NCBI GenBank assembly: GCA_016219185.1
Contig: JACRBZ010000078.1
Coordinates: 4,810 to 68,809 of the forward strand
Length of the DNA: 64,000 nt
Source: Deltaproteobacteria bacterium
Lineage (GTDB): Bacteria; Desulfobacterota; Desulfobacteria; Desulfobacterales; Desulfatirhabdiaceae
Reading direction: 5' to 3'
Part shown: one piece after another, positions 44,958-54,302 of the stretch
How positions within the stretch are numbered: position 1 is the stretch's first letter
Layout: each line of letters opens with the position of its first letter
Program-made: the position numbers and the translations under genes
The notes under the pieces: generated by a model
The model's database searches: none
What the model was told of the DNA's origin: nothing
What the model saw: the letters and a program-made list of their open reading frames with translations, nothing else

Positions 44958-45380
44958 TTACGATGATTCTCCCCGTTTGTTTCCTTTTAATATCCCGCTT
45001 GCCAGTGAAATACTCTTTTTCCCGGAGGTTTCCAGGATAACTGACAATTTGCTGAGTTCAGTATCTTTTCGGAGGTGAAGAGCCTTGATCAGAACAGGAA
45101 GATTCACCCCGGAAAGGACTTCGATGCGTCCTTCTGCCAGAAAGGAATAGCTTATATTCGATGGTGTTCCGCCAAACATGTCCGTAAGAATCAGAACGCC
45201 GTCTTTCTGGTCCACTTTTTTGATGCCGGCGGCAATTTTTGCGCGAAGTTTTTCAGCCTCTTCGTTTAAATTAATGGAAATGGACTCCAGTTGCTCCGGT
45301 CGGCTGCCAAGGATGAATACCGCGGCTTCGATCAAGGCATCGCCAAGGCAGCAATGGGTGACAATAACAATCCCTATCAT
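44958..45380 (-). CDS. PTS EIIA component, mannose/fructose family
   Basis: MIGIVIVTHCCLGDALIEAA with the phosphorylatable His, and LILTDMFGGTPSN. Start at ATG 45380, after AGGA. Confidence 0.8.
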   Translation of the reverse strand: MIGIVIVTHCCLGDALIEAAVFILGSRPEQLESISINLNEEAEKLRAKIAAGIKKVDQKDGVLILTDMFGGTPSNISYSFLAEGRIEVLSGVNLPVLIKALHLRKDTELSKLSVILETSGKKSISLASGILKGNKRGESS

Positions 45381-45512
45381 GAACACTCCTGTTTAAAGGC
45401 CATGATGGACCCGATAAACCGGAAATTCCTTGGATCGGGGTCCAGTGAACGTATGATGAATAATGTTCCGTTGAAAACGTCCGCGGAACAGATGGCAATA
45501 ATTATTTTCCAT

Positions 45513-46385
45513 TTATGTCAGCAAGATATCCCGGTGATGAACCTCGATGTGTTTTGATGGAAACTGATTTTCCAGATGTCCGCCGATGGCTTCGGCAACG
45601 GCAACGGATCGATGTTTTCCTCCCGTGCATCCCACCGCCAGGGTCAGGTAGGCTTTGCCTTCTTTTTCGTACAAGGGGATGAGATATGTTAAGAGATCGA
45701 GATAGCGTCTCAAAAATTCCTGACATTCAACCGTGTTCAGGACATGGGATTTAACACTGTGTGAAGTGCCATCCAGAGGTTTCAGCTCCGGTATATAAAA
45801 AGGGTTTGAAATAAAGCGCACATCCATGACCAGGTCCGCATCTTTGGGTATGCCAAATTTAAAGCCAAAAGACAACACCGTAATATGGATGGAAGACAAC
45901 GCGCCGCTTTTCTGGGCAATGTTCTGAATCATGGATTTGAGTTCGTGAACATTGCTGTGAGAGGTGTTGATAATCAGATCCGCGGCGGTTCGCAGATCCT
46001 TGAGTTGTTCTTTCTCCATTCTGATGCTGTCTGTCAGGTTTTTATTCCGTGAAAGCGGATGATGCCTCCTTGTCTGGCTGTATCGATGAATCAGGACATC
46101 TTCTTCGGCCTCGAGAAAAAGGATCTTGAACGCATAGCCCTGGATCCTCAGCGATTCAAAAATCGCGGCATGACTGATCAGAAAGCCTTTTTCACGAACA
46201 TCCATGACAAAGGCAAGGCCGGCCATCTTGAAATCACGTTCGATGGGAAGTTCCAGAAATTTCGGCAGGAGGGCAACCGGCATGTTGTCAACACAGTAGT
46301 ATCCGGCGTCTTCGAGTGCCGCGATGGCAGTGCTTTTCCCGGAACCGGAATACCCGGTGATGATGATGATATTATGCGTTTTCAC
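45513..46385 (-). CDS. rapZ: RNase adapter / nucleotide-binding protein RapZ
   Basis: P-loop ITGYSGSGKSTA, VMDVR, and GCTGGKHRSVA near the C-terminus. Confidence 0.88.
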   Translation of the reverse strand: MKTHNIIIITGYSGSGKSTAIAALEDAGYYCVDNMPVALLPKFLELPIERDFKMAGLAFVMDVREKGFLISHAAIFESLRIQGYAFKILFLEAEEDVLIHRYSQTRRHHPLSRNKNLTDSIRMEKEQLKDLRTAADLIINTSHSNVHELKSMIQNIAQKSGALSSIHITVLSFGFKFGIPKDADLVMDVRFISNPFYIPELKPLDGTSHSVKSHVLNTVECQEFLRRYLDLLTYLIPLYEKEGKAYLTLAVGCTGGKHRSVAVAEAIGGHLENQFPSKHIEVHHRDILLT

Positions 46386-46396
46386 GAATCGCTTTG

Positions 46397-46855
46397 TCAG
46401 AAATCTTCATCTTCCGCCTGAATAATGGAAATAATGTCATCCGGGGTCTGGGCCCGAAGAAGCTTTTCTTTGAACGGTTCATTTTTTAACATCCTGGCTA
46501 TTCTTGCCAGCGCCTTCAGGTGAAGACCCGTGGAATTTTCAGGTGTTATCAGCATGAAAAATAAATGCGCGGGCCGTCCGTCCAGTGTGTCATAGTCAAC
46601 GCCTTTTCTGCTTAGCCCAAAGCCCATTGCCAGGCTGTCCAGGGACTTTAGTTTCCCGTGAGGGATACCGATTCCCATTCCGATGCCGGTGCTTCCCAGA
46701 CGTTCGCGCTCCATCAGAACGTGAACCAGTTCCGGACAGCTCACGCCGATAATCCGGGCAACCGGGGCGGCCATCTCTTCAATAAGCCCTTTTTTATCCC
46801 GAGAGCTTAAATCGGTGAGAATTGCATCGCGATGTAATGCTTCTAGAATTTTCAT
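46397..46855 (-). CDS. ptsN: PTS IIA-Ntr nitrogen regulatory protein
   Basis: ERERLGSTGIGMGIGIPHGK active-site His region. Start at MKILEAL. Position downstream of hpf. Confidence 0.8.
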   Translation of the reverse strand: MKILEALHRDAILTDLSSRDKKGLIEEMAAPVARIIGVSCPELVHVLMERERLGSTGIGMGIGIPHGKLKSLDSLAMGFGLSRKGVDYDTLDGRPAHLFFMLITPENSTGLHLKALARIARMLKNEPFKEKLLRAQTPDDIISIIQAEDEDF

Positions 46856-46932
46856 GGCCCTGGTGTTCTTTGAAAAACGGCCGGCTGCGATCGAAAAATC
46901 GCTCGAAAACAGAGAGCCGGCCGGCAACTGGA

Positions 46933-47469
46933 TTAATTGCTGGGTTGGATTAATCCGTAGTCCCCGTCCTTGCGCCGATACAGGACATTGACGCGTTCGG
47001 ATCTGGAATTCGTGAAGACAAAAAAATGATCTTCCAGAAGATCCATCTGCATAATGGCTTCTTCCACGTCCATGGGTTTATAGTCGATATGCTCCACAAC
47101 CACCTGGCCGCGTTCTTCGGTGTCAACGCCGAGCATGGTATCCTCGGCAGAAGAAGGTTTCACCCTGGCCTTGGAGCCCGTTCTTCTTTCCCGGGTCTTA
47201 TCCTTATTCTTTTTGATCTGTTTTTCCAGTTTGTCCAGGACCATGTCAATGGCGGAATACATGTCAACGGTTTCTTCCTTGCCATAGATATTGAGTCTGT
47301 CGCCAACGATATTGATTTCCGCGATGTGTCTGAATTTTTCAACAGACAACACAACATTGGCTTCAGCGGGATTGTCCAGAAACTTGTCAAACCGATCCAG
47401 TTTATGGCTGACATATTGCGACAAGTTGTCCGAAGAATCTATATTTTTAAAAGTTACAGATGTTTGCAT
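46933..47469 (-). CDS. hpf: Ribosome hibernation-promoting factor, long form
   Basis: MQTSVTFKNIDSSDNLSQYVSHKLDRFDKF N-domain plus a C-terminal dimerisation domain (KPMDVEEAIMQMDLLEDHFFVFTN). Confidence 0.88.
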   Translation of the reverse strand: MQTSVTFKNIDSSDNLSQYVSHKLDRFDKFLDNPAEANVVLSVEKFRHIAEINIVGDRLNIYGKEETVDMYSAIDMVLDKLEKQIKKNKDKTRERRTGSKARVKPSSAEDTMLGVDTEERGQVVVEHIDYKPMDVEEAIMQMDLLEDHFFVFTNSRSERVNVLYRRKDGDYGLIQPSN

Positions 47470-47512
47470 GTAAAAATCTCCTTTTTCTGTTCGCTATTTG
47501 ACGAAGATTGGA

Positions 47513-48946
47513 TCAAAACTGCCTGCGTCTGCTGGAAGGCAAAACTTTCAGCATTTCCCGATATTTGGCTACAGTCCTTCGCGCTACTTTGATGTTGGCG
47601 GCTTCCAGCATTTCCGAAAGCTGCTGATCACTGTATGGTTTTTTTTGGTCTTCACCGTCAATGATATGCTTGATCTGATTCAGCACACTGGCGGAGGCAA
47701 TCGCTTCACCGTGCATTCGGTTAATAGAGCTGTTAAAGAAAAATTTCAATTCAAAAATACCCTGCGGGGTGTGTGCATATTTATTGGTGGTGACCCGACT
47801 GATGGTGGATTCATGCATGCCGATATCATCGGCGATGTCCCTGAGCACCATCGGCTTGAGGTGTAAAATACCTTTTTCAAAAAATTCCCGCTGATACCGC
47901 AAAATGCTTTCCATGACTTTATAAATCGTCTTTTGACGCTGGTGAATGCTGCGAATGAGCCATGTGGCGGATCGCATCTTTTCCTGAACATAATCCCGGG
48001 TCTGGTCGGACACGTTTTTTTTCTGCTGTATGGCATCTTTATAAAACGAATTCACCTTGAGTTTGGGCATGCCGTCATCGTTAAGGACAACCACAAAATC
48101 ATCGTCAACTTTGTAAACATAAATATCCGGGGTGATGTATTGAGGGGATTCGGAGCTGAACTGACGTCCCGGCCTGGGCTCCAGACCCTTGATGATGTCA
48201 ACGGCCGAGATGATGTCTTCAATAGAGAGCTTCAGTGCCTTGCTGATGGCTTTATAGTTTTTTCTCTCAAGATGGTGAAGATGATTTGTAATAATATCAA
48301 CAACCGGGGTTCCTTCCAGGTTAAGATGTCTGGCCTGAATCAGCAGGCATTCCCTGAGATCCCGGGAACACACGCCGATGGGATCAAATGTCTGCAGCAT
48401 CTTTAGGACCTCGATGGCTTTTTCGGAAGAGGATTGACTTGTCCGGACAAGTTCATCGAGGCTCAGTTCAAGATAGCCGTCAGCGTTGAGATTGCCGATG
48501 ATCAGGCTGCCGAGATTTTCCACTTCCGGATCCGGAAATGTCATCAGCAATTGCCAGACGAGGTGGTCCTGCAGTGATTCTTTCTGGGCAATAAAGGATT
48601 CGTAATTGGGGGCATCCTTTTTCTCGGTTTCGGAGGTTACTCTTCCCGATGAGCTGTATTCATTGATCAGACTGCTCCAATCCGTATCTTCAACGGTTTT
48701 GGGATCTGAAATCTCACCGGGAATTGAGCCGATGTCCGCGGGGATGATTTCAGGAGCTTCTTCTGTCTGATCAGCCGCAGTGTCTTCCAGCGTCTCTTCA
48801 AGAGCAGGGTTTTCCTGAAGCTCCTGGTGAATGGTGTCCAAAAGCTCCAGCCGTGACAGTTGCAGGAGCTTAATGGCCAGTTGCAGCTGGGGGGTCATGA
48901 TCAGCTGCTGGGACAATTTCAGTTGTTGGCGTAATTCAAGGGCCAT
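47513..48946 (-). CDS. rpoN: RNA polymerase sigma-54 factor
   Basis: MALELRQQLKLSQQLIMTPQLQLAIKLLQLSRLEL region I. RpoN box ARRTVAKYRE. Confidence 0.95.
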   Translation of the reverse strand: MALELRQQLKLSQQLIMTPQLQLAIKLLQLSRLELLDTIHQELQENPALEETLEDTAADQTEEAPEIIPADIGSIPGEISDPKTVEDTDWSSLINEYSSSGRVTSETEKKDAPNYESFIAQKESLQDHLVWQLLMTFPDPEVENLGSLIIGNLNADGYLELSLDELVRTSQSSSEKAIEVLKMLQTFDPIGVCSRDLRECLLIQARHLNLEGTPVVDIITNHLHHLERKNYKAISKALKLSIEDIISAVDIIKGLEPRPGRQFSSESPQYITPDIYVYKVDDDFVVVLNDDGMPKLKVNSFYKDAIQQKKNVSDQTRDYVQEKMRSATWLIRSIHQRQKTIYKVMESILRYQREFFEKGILHLKPMVLRDIADDIGMHESTISRVTTNKYAHTPQGIFELKFFFNSSINRMHGEAIASASVLNQIKHIIDGEDQKKPYSDQQLSEMLEAANIKVARRTVAKYREMLKVLPSSRRRQF

Positions 48947-48971
48947 CTTGTATCTGATATCTGGTTATGGG

Positions 48972-49694
48972 TTAAAGCGTAAATTCGTTCCCCAGGTAAA
49001 TGCGGCGACAGACTTCGCTGGATGCAATCTGCTGGGGAGTACCGGTTTCAATAATTTCTCCGCAGCTTAAAATGAACGCTTCATCACAGACGCCTAGCGT
49101 CTCGCGGACATTGTGATCAGAGATCAGAACGCCGATTCCGAGTTCTTTTAAATGTTCGATTATGGCCTTAATGTCGATGACTGCAAGCGGATCAATGCCT
49201 GCAAAAGGTTCGTCCAATAAAATAAAAGACGGATTGGTTGAAAGCGCCCGGGAGATTTCAAGCCGCCGTTTTTCTCCTCCGGAAAGCAGTACGGCTTTTT
49301 GCTGCGACAGATGCTTGATCCCCAATTCATCTAAAAGTTTTTCAGCCCGGCTTTCTTGTTCCGAACGGGAAAGCGACTGATGTTCCAGGATCGCCATCAG
49401 ATTTTCCCGTACCGTAAGCTTTCGGAATATGGATGTTTCCTGAGGAAGGTACCCAATCCCTTTTCGGGCGCGAACATGAATGGGAAAACCCGTTACATCT
49501 TCTTCATTGAGAAATATTCGACCGGAATCGGGTTTAAGCATTCCCACAGCCATATAGAATGTCGTTGTTTTACCGGCCCCGTTCGGACCGAGCAATCCCA
49601 CCACCTGACTGCTGGCGATATTCATGCTGACGGAATTGACAACCCGTTTTCCATCAAAGCTCTTAATCAGATTTTTCAGTGACAATACGGCCAT
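48972..49694 (-). CDS. lptB: LPS export ABC transporter ATP-binding protein
   Basis: Walker A GPNGAGKTT, signature LSGGEKRRLEI, Walker B ILLDEPFAGID. Context lptA-lptB-rpoN. Confidence 0.9.
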   Translation of the reverse strand: MAVLSLKNLIKSFDGKRVVNSVSMNIASSQVVGLLGPNGAGKTTTFYMAVGMLKPDSGRIFLNEEDVTGFPIHVRARKGIGYLPQETSIFRKLTVRENLMAILEHQSLSRSEQESRAEKLLDELGIKHLSQQKAVLLSGGEKRRLEISRALSTNPSFILLDEPFAGIDPLAVIDIKAIIEHLKELGIGVLISDHNVRETLGVCDEAFILSCGEIIETGTPQQIASSEVCRRIYLGNEFTL

Positions 49695-49817
49695 AATCCG
49701 GATGACTTCACGTGAAAGTAGTCAGGGGCCATAAAGTCAGCAGGTCGGGCTATCGGCCCGATCCATTATCCTTAAACTTTCAGCTTTATTGCGTTGGATA
49801 TCAAAAACGTTATGCAT

Positions 49818-50408
49818 TCAGGGTTTTTTTTCAAGCTCGCCGGAATAAAAAACCGCCTCAACCTGCTTTTCCTTGCTGCGCTCGACGATAACGCGATCCT
49901 CATTTACATAAAAAGTAATTTTCTCGCCGGATACATAGTTATTGCCGCTGGTTACTTTGGAACCGGGCCCGCTGAGGACGATCACCTTCGAAGCCGGGGT
50001 ATATTCTGCCATGCTGGTATAGGCTGTACGATTTTCAGATCGAATCACCACATTTCCGGAAGCGACCACTTTTTTGATGGATTCTTCGCCGCTATCTTTC
50101 TTCCCCTTCTCCTTATTCTCAAGCGCTTTACTGTAATAAATTTTGAGTTTGTCCGATGTGATCAGGGTTGTTCCCTGTACGGCGCTGACATTGCCGGTAA
50201 ATTCAGCATAGCTGGCTTCATTATAAGCCACGAGATTGTCTGCTTTAATCTGAATGTTACTGTTTTCATTGCCTTTATCAAGTGCGGATATATTCCGGGC
50301 CGGTATCGACATAACTAAAAACAACATCAGAACTTTCAGTAAAATCGACTGCCATTGGCGGCGATTTTTTAGACTAAATGGGATTTTCACGCAACAATAC
50401 CTCAACAT
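49818..50408 (-). CDS. lptA: LptA/OstA-family periplasmic LPS transport protein
   Basis: Signal peptide then beta-jellyroll-like repeats (IQIKADNLVAYNE...VSAVQGTTLITSDKLKIYY). Synteny. Confidence 0.7.
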   Translation of the reverse strand: MLRYCCVKIPFSLKNRRQWQSILLKVLMLFLVMSIPARNISALDKGNENSNIQIKADNLVAYNEASYAEFTGNVSAVQGTTLITSDKLKIYYSKALENKEKGKKDSGEESIKKVVASGNVVIRSENRTAYTSMAEYTPASKVIVLSGPGSKVTSGNNYVSGEKITFYVNEDRVIVERSKEKQVEAVFYSGELEKKP

Positions 50409-50985
50409 TTCGTTGAAACCAGGTCTGGTTGGCGGTTAAGTCATATTTCATGGAATCCGCTGTTAAATTGACGGCGTCTCCAATGATTTTTACGGGTGTT
50501 GCTGAAAAGAGAACCCGATGTCCGTGATCATAATTCATTTGTTCGGTTTCAAGTGTGAAATTTGAATAGGTTAAAACAACCTGGCCGATGGCTTCAATGT
50601 CCTTGGTTTCGGTTTTCAGAATTCCCCGGTTTGCAGTCAACCGAACTTCGTTGCCGTTCTTTAAAAAATAAACGACCGTAACGTCTTCTAACATCAATTG
50701 TTTGCTTTCGTCAACAACATGGGCGGATCTGGCGTCCAAAATCCATTCCTTGATCCCTTCCCGCGTGGAGACCTGATGAACATTGCCGATAGCCAGGGTG
50801 GCATTCTGATGGATGGAAGTAATCAATTTGACGGGATCTTGACTCAGATAGCGATTTTTTATGAAAACCCCGGCAATGATTCCAGTTGTAATCAGGCTGA
50901 AAGCGGTCAGGACAATCGTGACCTTTTTTCGTGAGCGAATCGTGCGATGGAATGCGATCATTATAGAAGCGCCGTAATGCGTCAT
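50374..50985 (-). CDS. lptC: LPS export system protein LptC
   Basis: N-terminal membrane anchor followed by an LptC-like fold. Synteny between kdsC and lptA. The start is uncertain (50985 or 50961). Confidence 0.65.
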   Translation of the reverse strand: MTHYGASIMIAFHRTIRSRKKVTIVLTAFSLITTGIIAGVFIKNRYLSQDPVKLITSIHQNATLAIGNVHQVSTREGIKEWILDARSAHVVDESKQLMLEDVTVVYFLKNGNEVRLTANRGILKTETKDIEAIGQVVLTYSNFTLETEQMNYDHGHRVLFSATPVKIIGDAVNLTADSMKYDLTANQTWFQRNVEVLLRENPI

Positions 50986-50987
50986 CC

Positions 50988-51530
50988 TTACATAAACCGA
51001 TTGATAACATTGTCCCACTGGTTTTTTGCCTTTAAAACCATCTCGCAGATCTCTCTTACCGCTCCTTTTCCGCCGGGTGCTCGGGTAACCATATCGGCAC
51101 GCGAGCGGATCAGTTCGTGGGCATCGGCAACTGCGACGGAGACGCCGGATTTTTCCATTAACGGCAGATCCATGAGATCATCACCGACAAAAGCAATTTC
51201 ATCCGCCAAAATACCGGTCTGCTGATAAATAACATTCAGAGCGTCCGTTTTTGTTGAAAGTCCATCCAGAATCAACGAAATCCCCAGGTTTTCGCATCGA
51301 TGAAGCAGGGCCTTGGAACGCCTTCCCGTGGCAATTCCCACCTGAACGCCGGTAAGCATCAGCAGGCGGATACCCAGGCCGTCCTTGACGTCGAACACCT
51401 TGATCTGTGAACCCGCATCATCATAAATGATGCTGCCATCTGTCAGAACACCATCGACATCCAGTAATAATAGTTTTATTTTACTAAATTTATCTAACAA
51501 AAGTTGATGTTTCATCAGTATTCTATTCAC
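50988..51530 (-). CDS. kdsC: KDO 8-phosphate phosphatase (HAD family)
   Basis: LLLLDVDGVLTDGSIIYDDAGSQIKVFDVKDGLGIRLL and FVGDDLMDLP motifs. Confidence 0.88.
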   Translation of the reverse strand: MNRILMKHQLLLDKFSKIKLLLLDVDGVLTDGSIIYDDAGSQIKVFDVKDGLGIRLLMLTGVQVGIATGRRSKALLHRCENLGISLILDGLSTKTDALNVIYQQTGILADEIAFVGDDLMDLPLMEKSGVSVAVADAHELIRSRADMVTRAPGGKGAVREICEMVLKAKNQWDNVINRFM

Positions 51531-52362
51531 TCGGGGAGCTATCTTCTGATACCAGTCTGTGAATCGCTTTAAGCCTGGAAATCAGGTCATGGAGAATCGT
51601 CAGGGGTAAGGAATTGGGACCATCGCATCTGGCGTGATCAGGATCCGGATGAACTTCGATAAAAATGCCGTCGGCGCCCGCGGCAACGGCTGCTTTTGCC
51701 AGAAGGGGCGCAAATTCTCTCTGACCACCGGAGCTTTTGCCGGCGCCGCCCGGAAGCTGAACGCTGTGCGTGGCGTCGAATATGACCGGAAAGCCGGTTT
51801 CCTGCATGATTTTAATGCTTCGAAAATCCACGACAAGATTTGAATATCCGAACATACTGCCGCGTTCCGTCAATAATATCTGCCGATTTCCGGTAGATGT
51901 GATTTTTTCAGCCACCTGAAACATATCCCAGGGTGACAGAAACTGGCCTTTCTTGATGTTAATCGGCTTTCCGGTTCGAGCAACTTCCAGAATCAGATCG
52001 GTTTGTCTGCATAAAAAGGCCGGGATCTGGATGATATCCAGAACCCGGGCCGCGGATTCCACTTCAGATCGCGTATGAACATCCGACAGGATGGGAATGG
52101 ATAATTCATTTTTGATGCTGGACAGGATTCGAAGGCCTTCAAGCATCCCCGGGCCCCGGTAGGATTCCAGTGATGTCCGGTTGGCCTTGTCGTAAGAGGC
52201 TTTAAAAACAAACGGTATTCCCAATTCGCTGGTCATCTCTTTCAGAAAACGGGCAATGGATAGCGTGGTTTTGTGGTCTTCGATGACACATGGGCCGGCA
52301 AATAAGACCAGCTCAGCGCCTTTGCCCATGGATATTTCGTTAAACGTTGTTCTGAAATTCAT
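51523..52362 (-). CDS. kdsA: 2-dehydro-3-deoxyphosphooctonate aldolase (KDO 8-P synthase)
   Basis: LFAGPCVIE, FKASYDKANRTS, FDATHSVQLPGG and HPDPDHARCDGPN motifs. Confidence 0.92.
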   Translation of the reverse strand: MNFRTTFNEISMGKGAELVLFAGPCVIEDHKTTLSIARFLKEMTSELGIPFVFKASYDKANRTSLESYRGPGMLEGLRILSSIKNELSIPILSDVHTRSEVESAARVLDIIQIPAFLCRQTDLILEVARTGKPINIKKGQFLSPWDMFQVAEKITSTGNRQILLTERGSMFGYSNLVVDFRSIKIMQETGFPVIFDATHSVQLPGGAGKSSGGQREFAPLLAKAAVAAGADGIFIEVHPDPDHARCDGPNSLPLTILHDLISRLKAIHRLVSEDSSPSE

Positions 52363-52544
52363 GATGATTCACTGCTCTTTAATATGAAGGGGGTTTGTCT
52401 GCCCGATATCCCAACTTTCCAATAATTTCATGATGTTCTTATTTATAGCTCGAACAGGTAAAAGTCAAGAAATGATGATGGTTCTGAAATCATGTGGCGG
52501 AAAAAAACAAACCTTGATAAGCACCGGGTTAATTGATAATAATT

Positions 52545-52667
52545 GATGGCTTCGTAGAAAGTCCAATATCTGCGTTGAGCTTCATCCTTCGTCGTTGCGG
52601 CGTACTCGTCGTACGCCTCACGGACAGGACTCGCTCGCCTTGATCTTGAACTTTCTACTTTGCCATC
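52545..52667. repeat. About 123-nt imperfect long hairpin element flanked by similar direct repeats (MITE-like or small structured RNA)
   Basis: GATGGC-ttc-GTAGAAAGT-cCAA (52545-66) pairs with TTGa-ACTTTCTAC-ttt-GCCATC (52646-67). Inner hairpin GGCGTAC-tcgtc-GTACGCC. Flanks are TCATGTGGCGGAAAAAAACAAA (52490-) and TCATGCGGAAAAAACAAA (52673-). Confidence 0.5.
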
Positions 52668-52829
52668 CCGTTTCATGCGGAAAAAACAAAGCATAGGAGT
52701 CGGAAGCCAGGACAACAAGGAACTTCCGGTGACCACCCTCCCTTGAAAAAAAGGAGGGGAGTTGCGCCGTCTGGGTTTGTTGCGCTGATAACACATTGTG
52801 GTTTATAGAAAAAGGTGGATTGAAACGCA

Positions 52830-54212
52830 GTGGAAAGTAAACTTAATCCTGTAAAATTCTTCTTTCGCCTGCTGGTAGCGGCGCTGGTGTGTCTTGTATT
52901 GGTATCGGTATGGTTCCTGTGGGGCCGGCTGGAAGGGGAAAAGCCTGTTATCGCCACGGAAATCCCTTCCTTTCTAAACCCTTCGCAGGAATTTATTCTG
53001 AATCTGTCAGATGCCAAAAGCGGCATTCGAAAAGTATGGGTTGCCATCGAGCAGAACGGTAAGGAAACGGTCCTCAGGGATGATCTTTATCCGCTGAAGG
53101 GATCACCCGATTCAGCGCCTGTTCATTCGCTGTCTGTTTCCGTCAAGGTGGATGCCAAAAAGCTGGGAATTACCGATGGCAAGGCCATATTCCGGGTGAT
53201 GGTCCGGGATAATTCCTGGCGCGGCTGGTTTCACGGCAATAAAACCGCGATCGAAAAAGAAATAGTGATTGATACACGGCCTCCGGAAATCGTGGTTATG
53301 AACCGAGTTCACAACCTGAATCAGGGCGGGGCTGGCCTGGTCATCTACCGGCTCTCTGAACCCTGTCCGGTTAACGGAGTGATGGTCGGGGATATATTTT
53401 ATCCGGGTCAGGCCGGGTATTTCAGCGATCCGGGAATCTATCTTGCCTTTATCGCGCTGAATCATCAACAGGGACCGGGAACCGATCTCTTCATAAAAGC
53501 GGTTGATCAGGCCGGGAATGCGACGCGGGCGGGTTTTCCCCATCATATCAAGCGAAAGGTTTTTAAAAAAGACACAATTAACTTAAGCGACAGTTTTTTG
53601 AACCAGAAAATGCCTGAATTTGATGTAGAGATTCCGCCTGATAGTCAGAAGCCCATGCTGGCCAAATTCATCATGGTGAATAAAGAACTTCGCGAATCCA
53701 ATTATCAGAAGATTTCATCCGCTGTTGCGGCAAGTGACAGTAAATTGTACTGGGGAGGAATTTTTACCCGGCTTCCCAATTCCGCTCCCAGGGCCGGTTT
53801 TGCGGATCACCGGACTTATATGTACGAGGGAAAAGAGGTGGATCAGCAGGATCATCTTGGCGTGGATCTGGCATCCCTCCAGCATTCCCCGGTTCCCGCA
53901 GCCAACAGCGGCAGGGTGGTGTTCGTCGATTTCGTCGGTATTTATGGCAAGACGGTTCTGCTGGATCACGGATTCGGTTTGTTCAGTATGTATTCTCATC
54001 TCAGCAGCTTTAATGTCAAGGCCGGCCAGATGGTTTCCAAAAACGACATTCTCGGATATACGGGGAGCACCGGCATGGCCGCCGGAGACCACTTGCACTT
54101 TTCCACGCTGGTTCGAAATACCTTTGTCAATCCGATCGAATGGTGGGATGAAGGGTGGATAAAAAACAATATTTCCGATAAAATTAAAGAAGTGCAATCC
54201 ACCATCAAGTAA
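52830..54212 (+). CDS. M23 family metallopeptidase (LytM domain), membrane-anchored, GTG start
   Basis: N-terminal TM segment. C-terminal HLGVDL...GYTGSTGMAAGDHLHFS (HxxxD ... HxH) M23 motifs. Confidence 0.85.
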   Translation: MESKLNPVKFFFRLLVAALVCLVLVSVWFLWGRLEGEKPVIATEIPSFLNPSQEFILNLSDAKSGIRKVWVAIEQNGKETVLRDDLYPLKGSPDSAPVHSLSVSVKVDAKKLGITDGKAIFRVMVRDNSWRGWFHGNKTAIEKEIVIDTRPPEIVVMNRVHNLNQGGAGLVIYRLSEPCPVNGVMVGDIFYPGQAGYFSDPGIYLAFIALNHQQGPGTDLFIKAVDQAGNATRAGFPHHIKRKVFKKDTINLSDSFLNQKMPEFDVEIPPDSQKPMLAKFIMVNKELRESNYQKISSAVAASDSKLYWGGIFTRLPNSAPRAGFADHRTYMYEGKEVDQQDHLGVDLASLQHSPVPAANSGRVVFVDFVGIYGKTVLLDHGFGLFSMYSHLSSFNVKAGQMVSKNDILGYTGSTGMAAGDHLHFSTLVRNTFVNPIEWWDEGWIKNNISDKIKEVQSTIK

Positions 54213-54229
54213 TGACAGGCTCGGATGAT

Positions 54230-54282
54230 CGGGCTGAAGCCCTCAATAAAAAGCCTTCAGCCCGTCCCTTCAGCCTGTTTTT
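54230..54282 (+). terminator. Intrinsic terminator after the M23 gene, with two alternative 3' arms
   Basis: CGGGCTGAAG (54230-39) pairs with CTTCAGCCCG (54255-64) or with CTTCAGCC (54268-75). The latter is followed by TGTTTTT. Confidence 0.5.
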
Positions 54283-54302
54283 CTATTGGAGATTTTTCGT
54301 TC

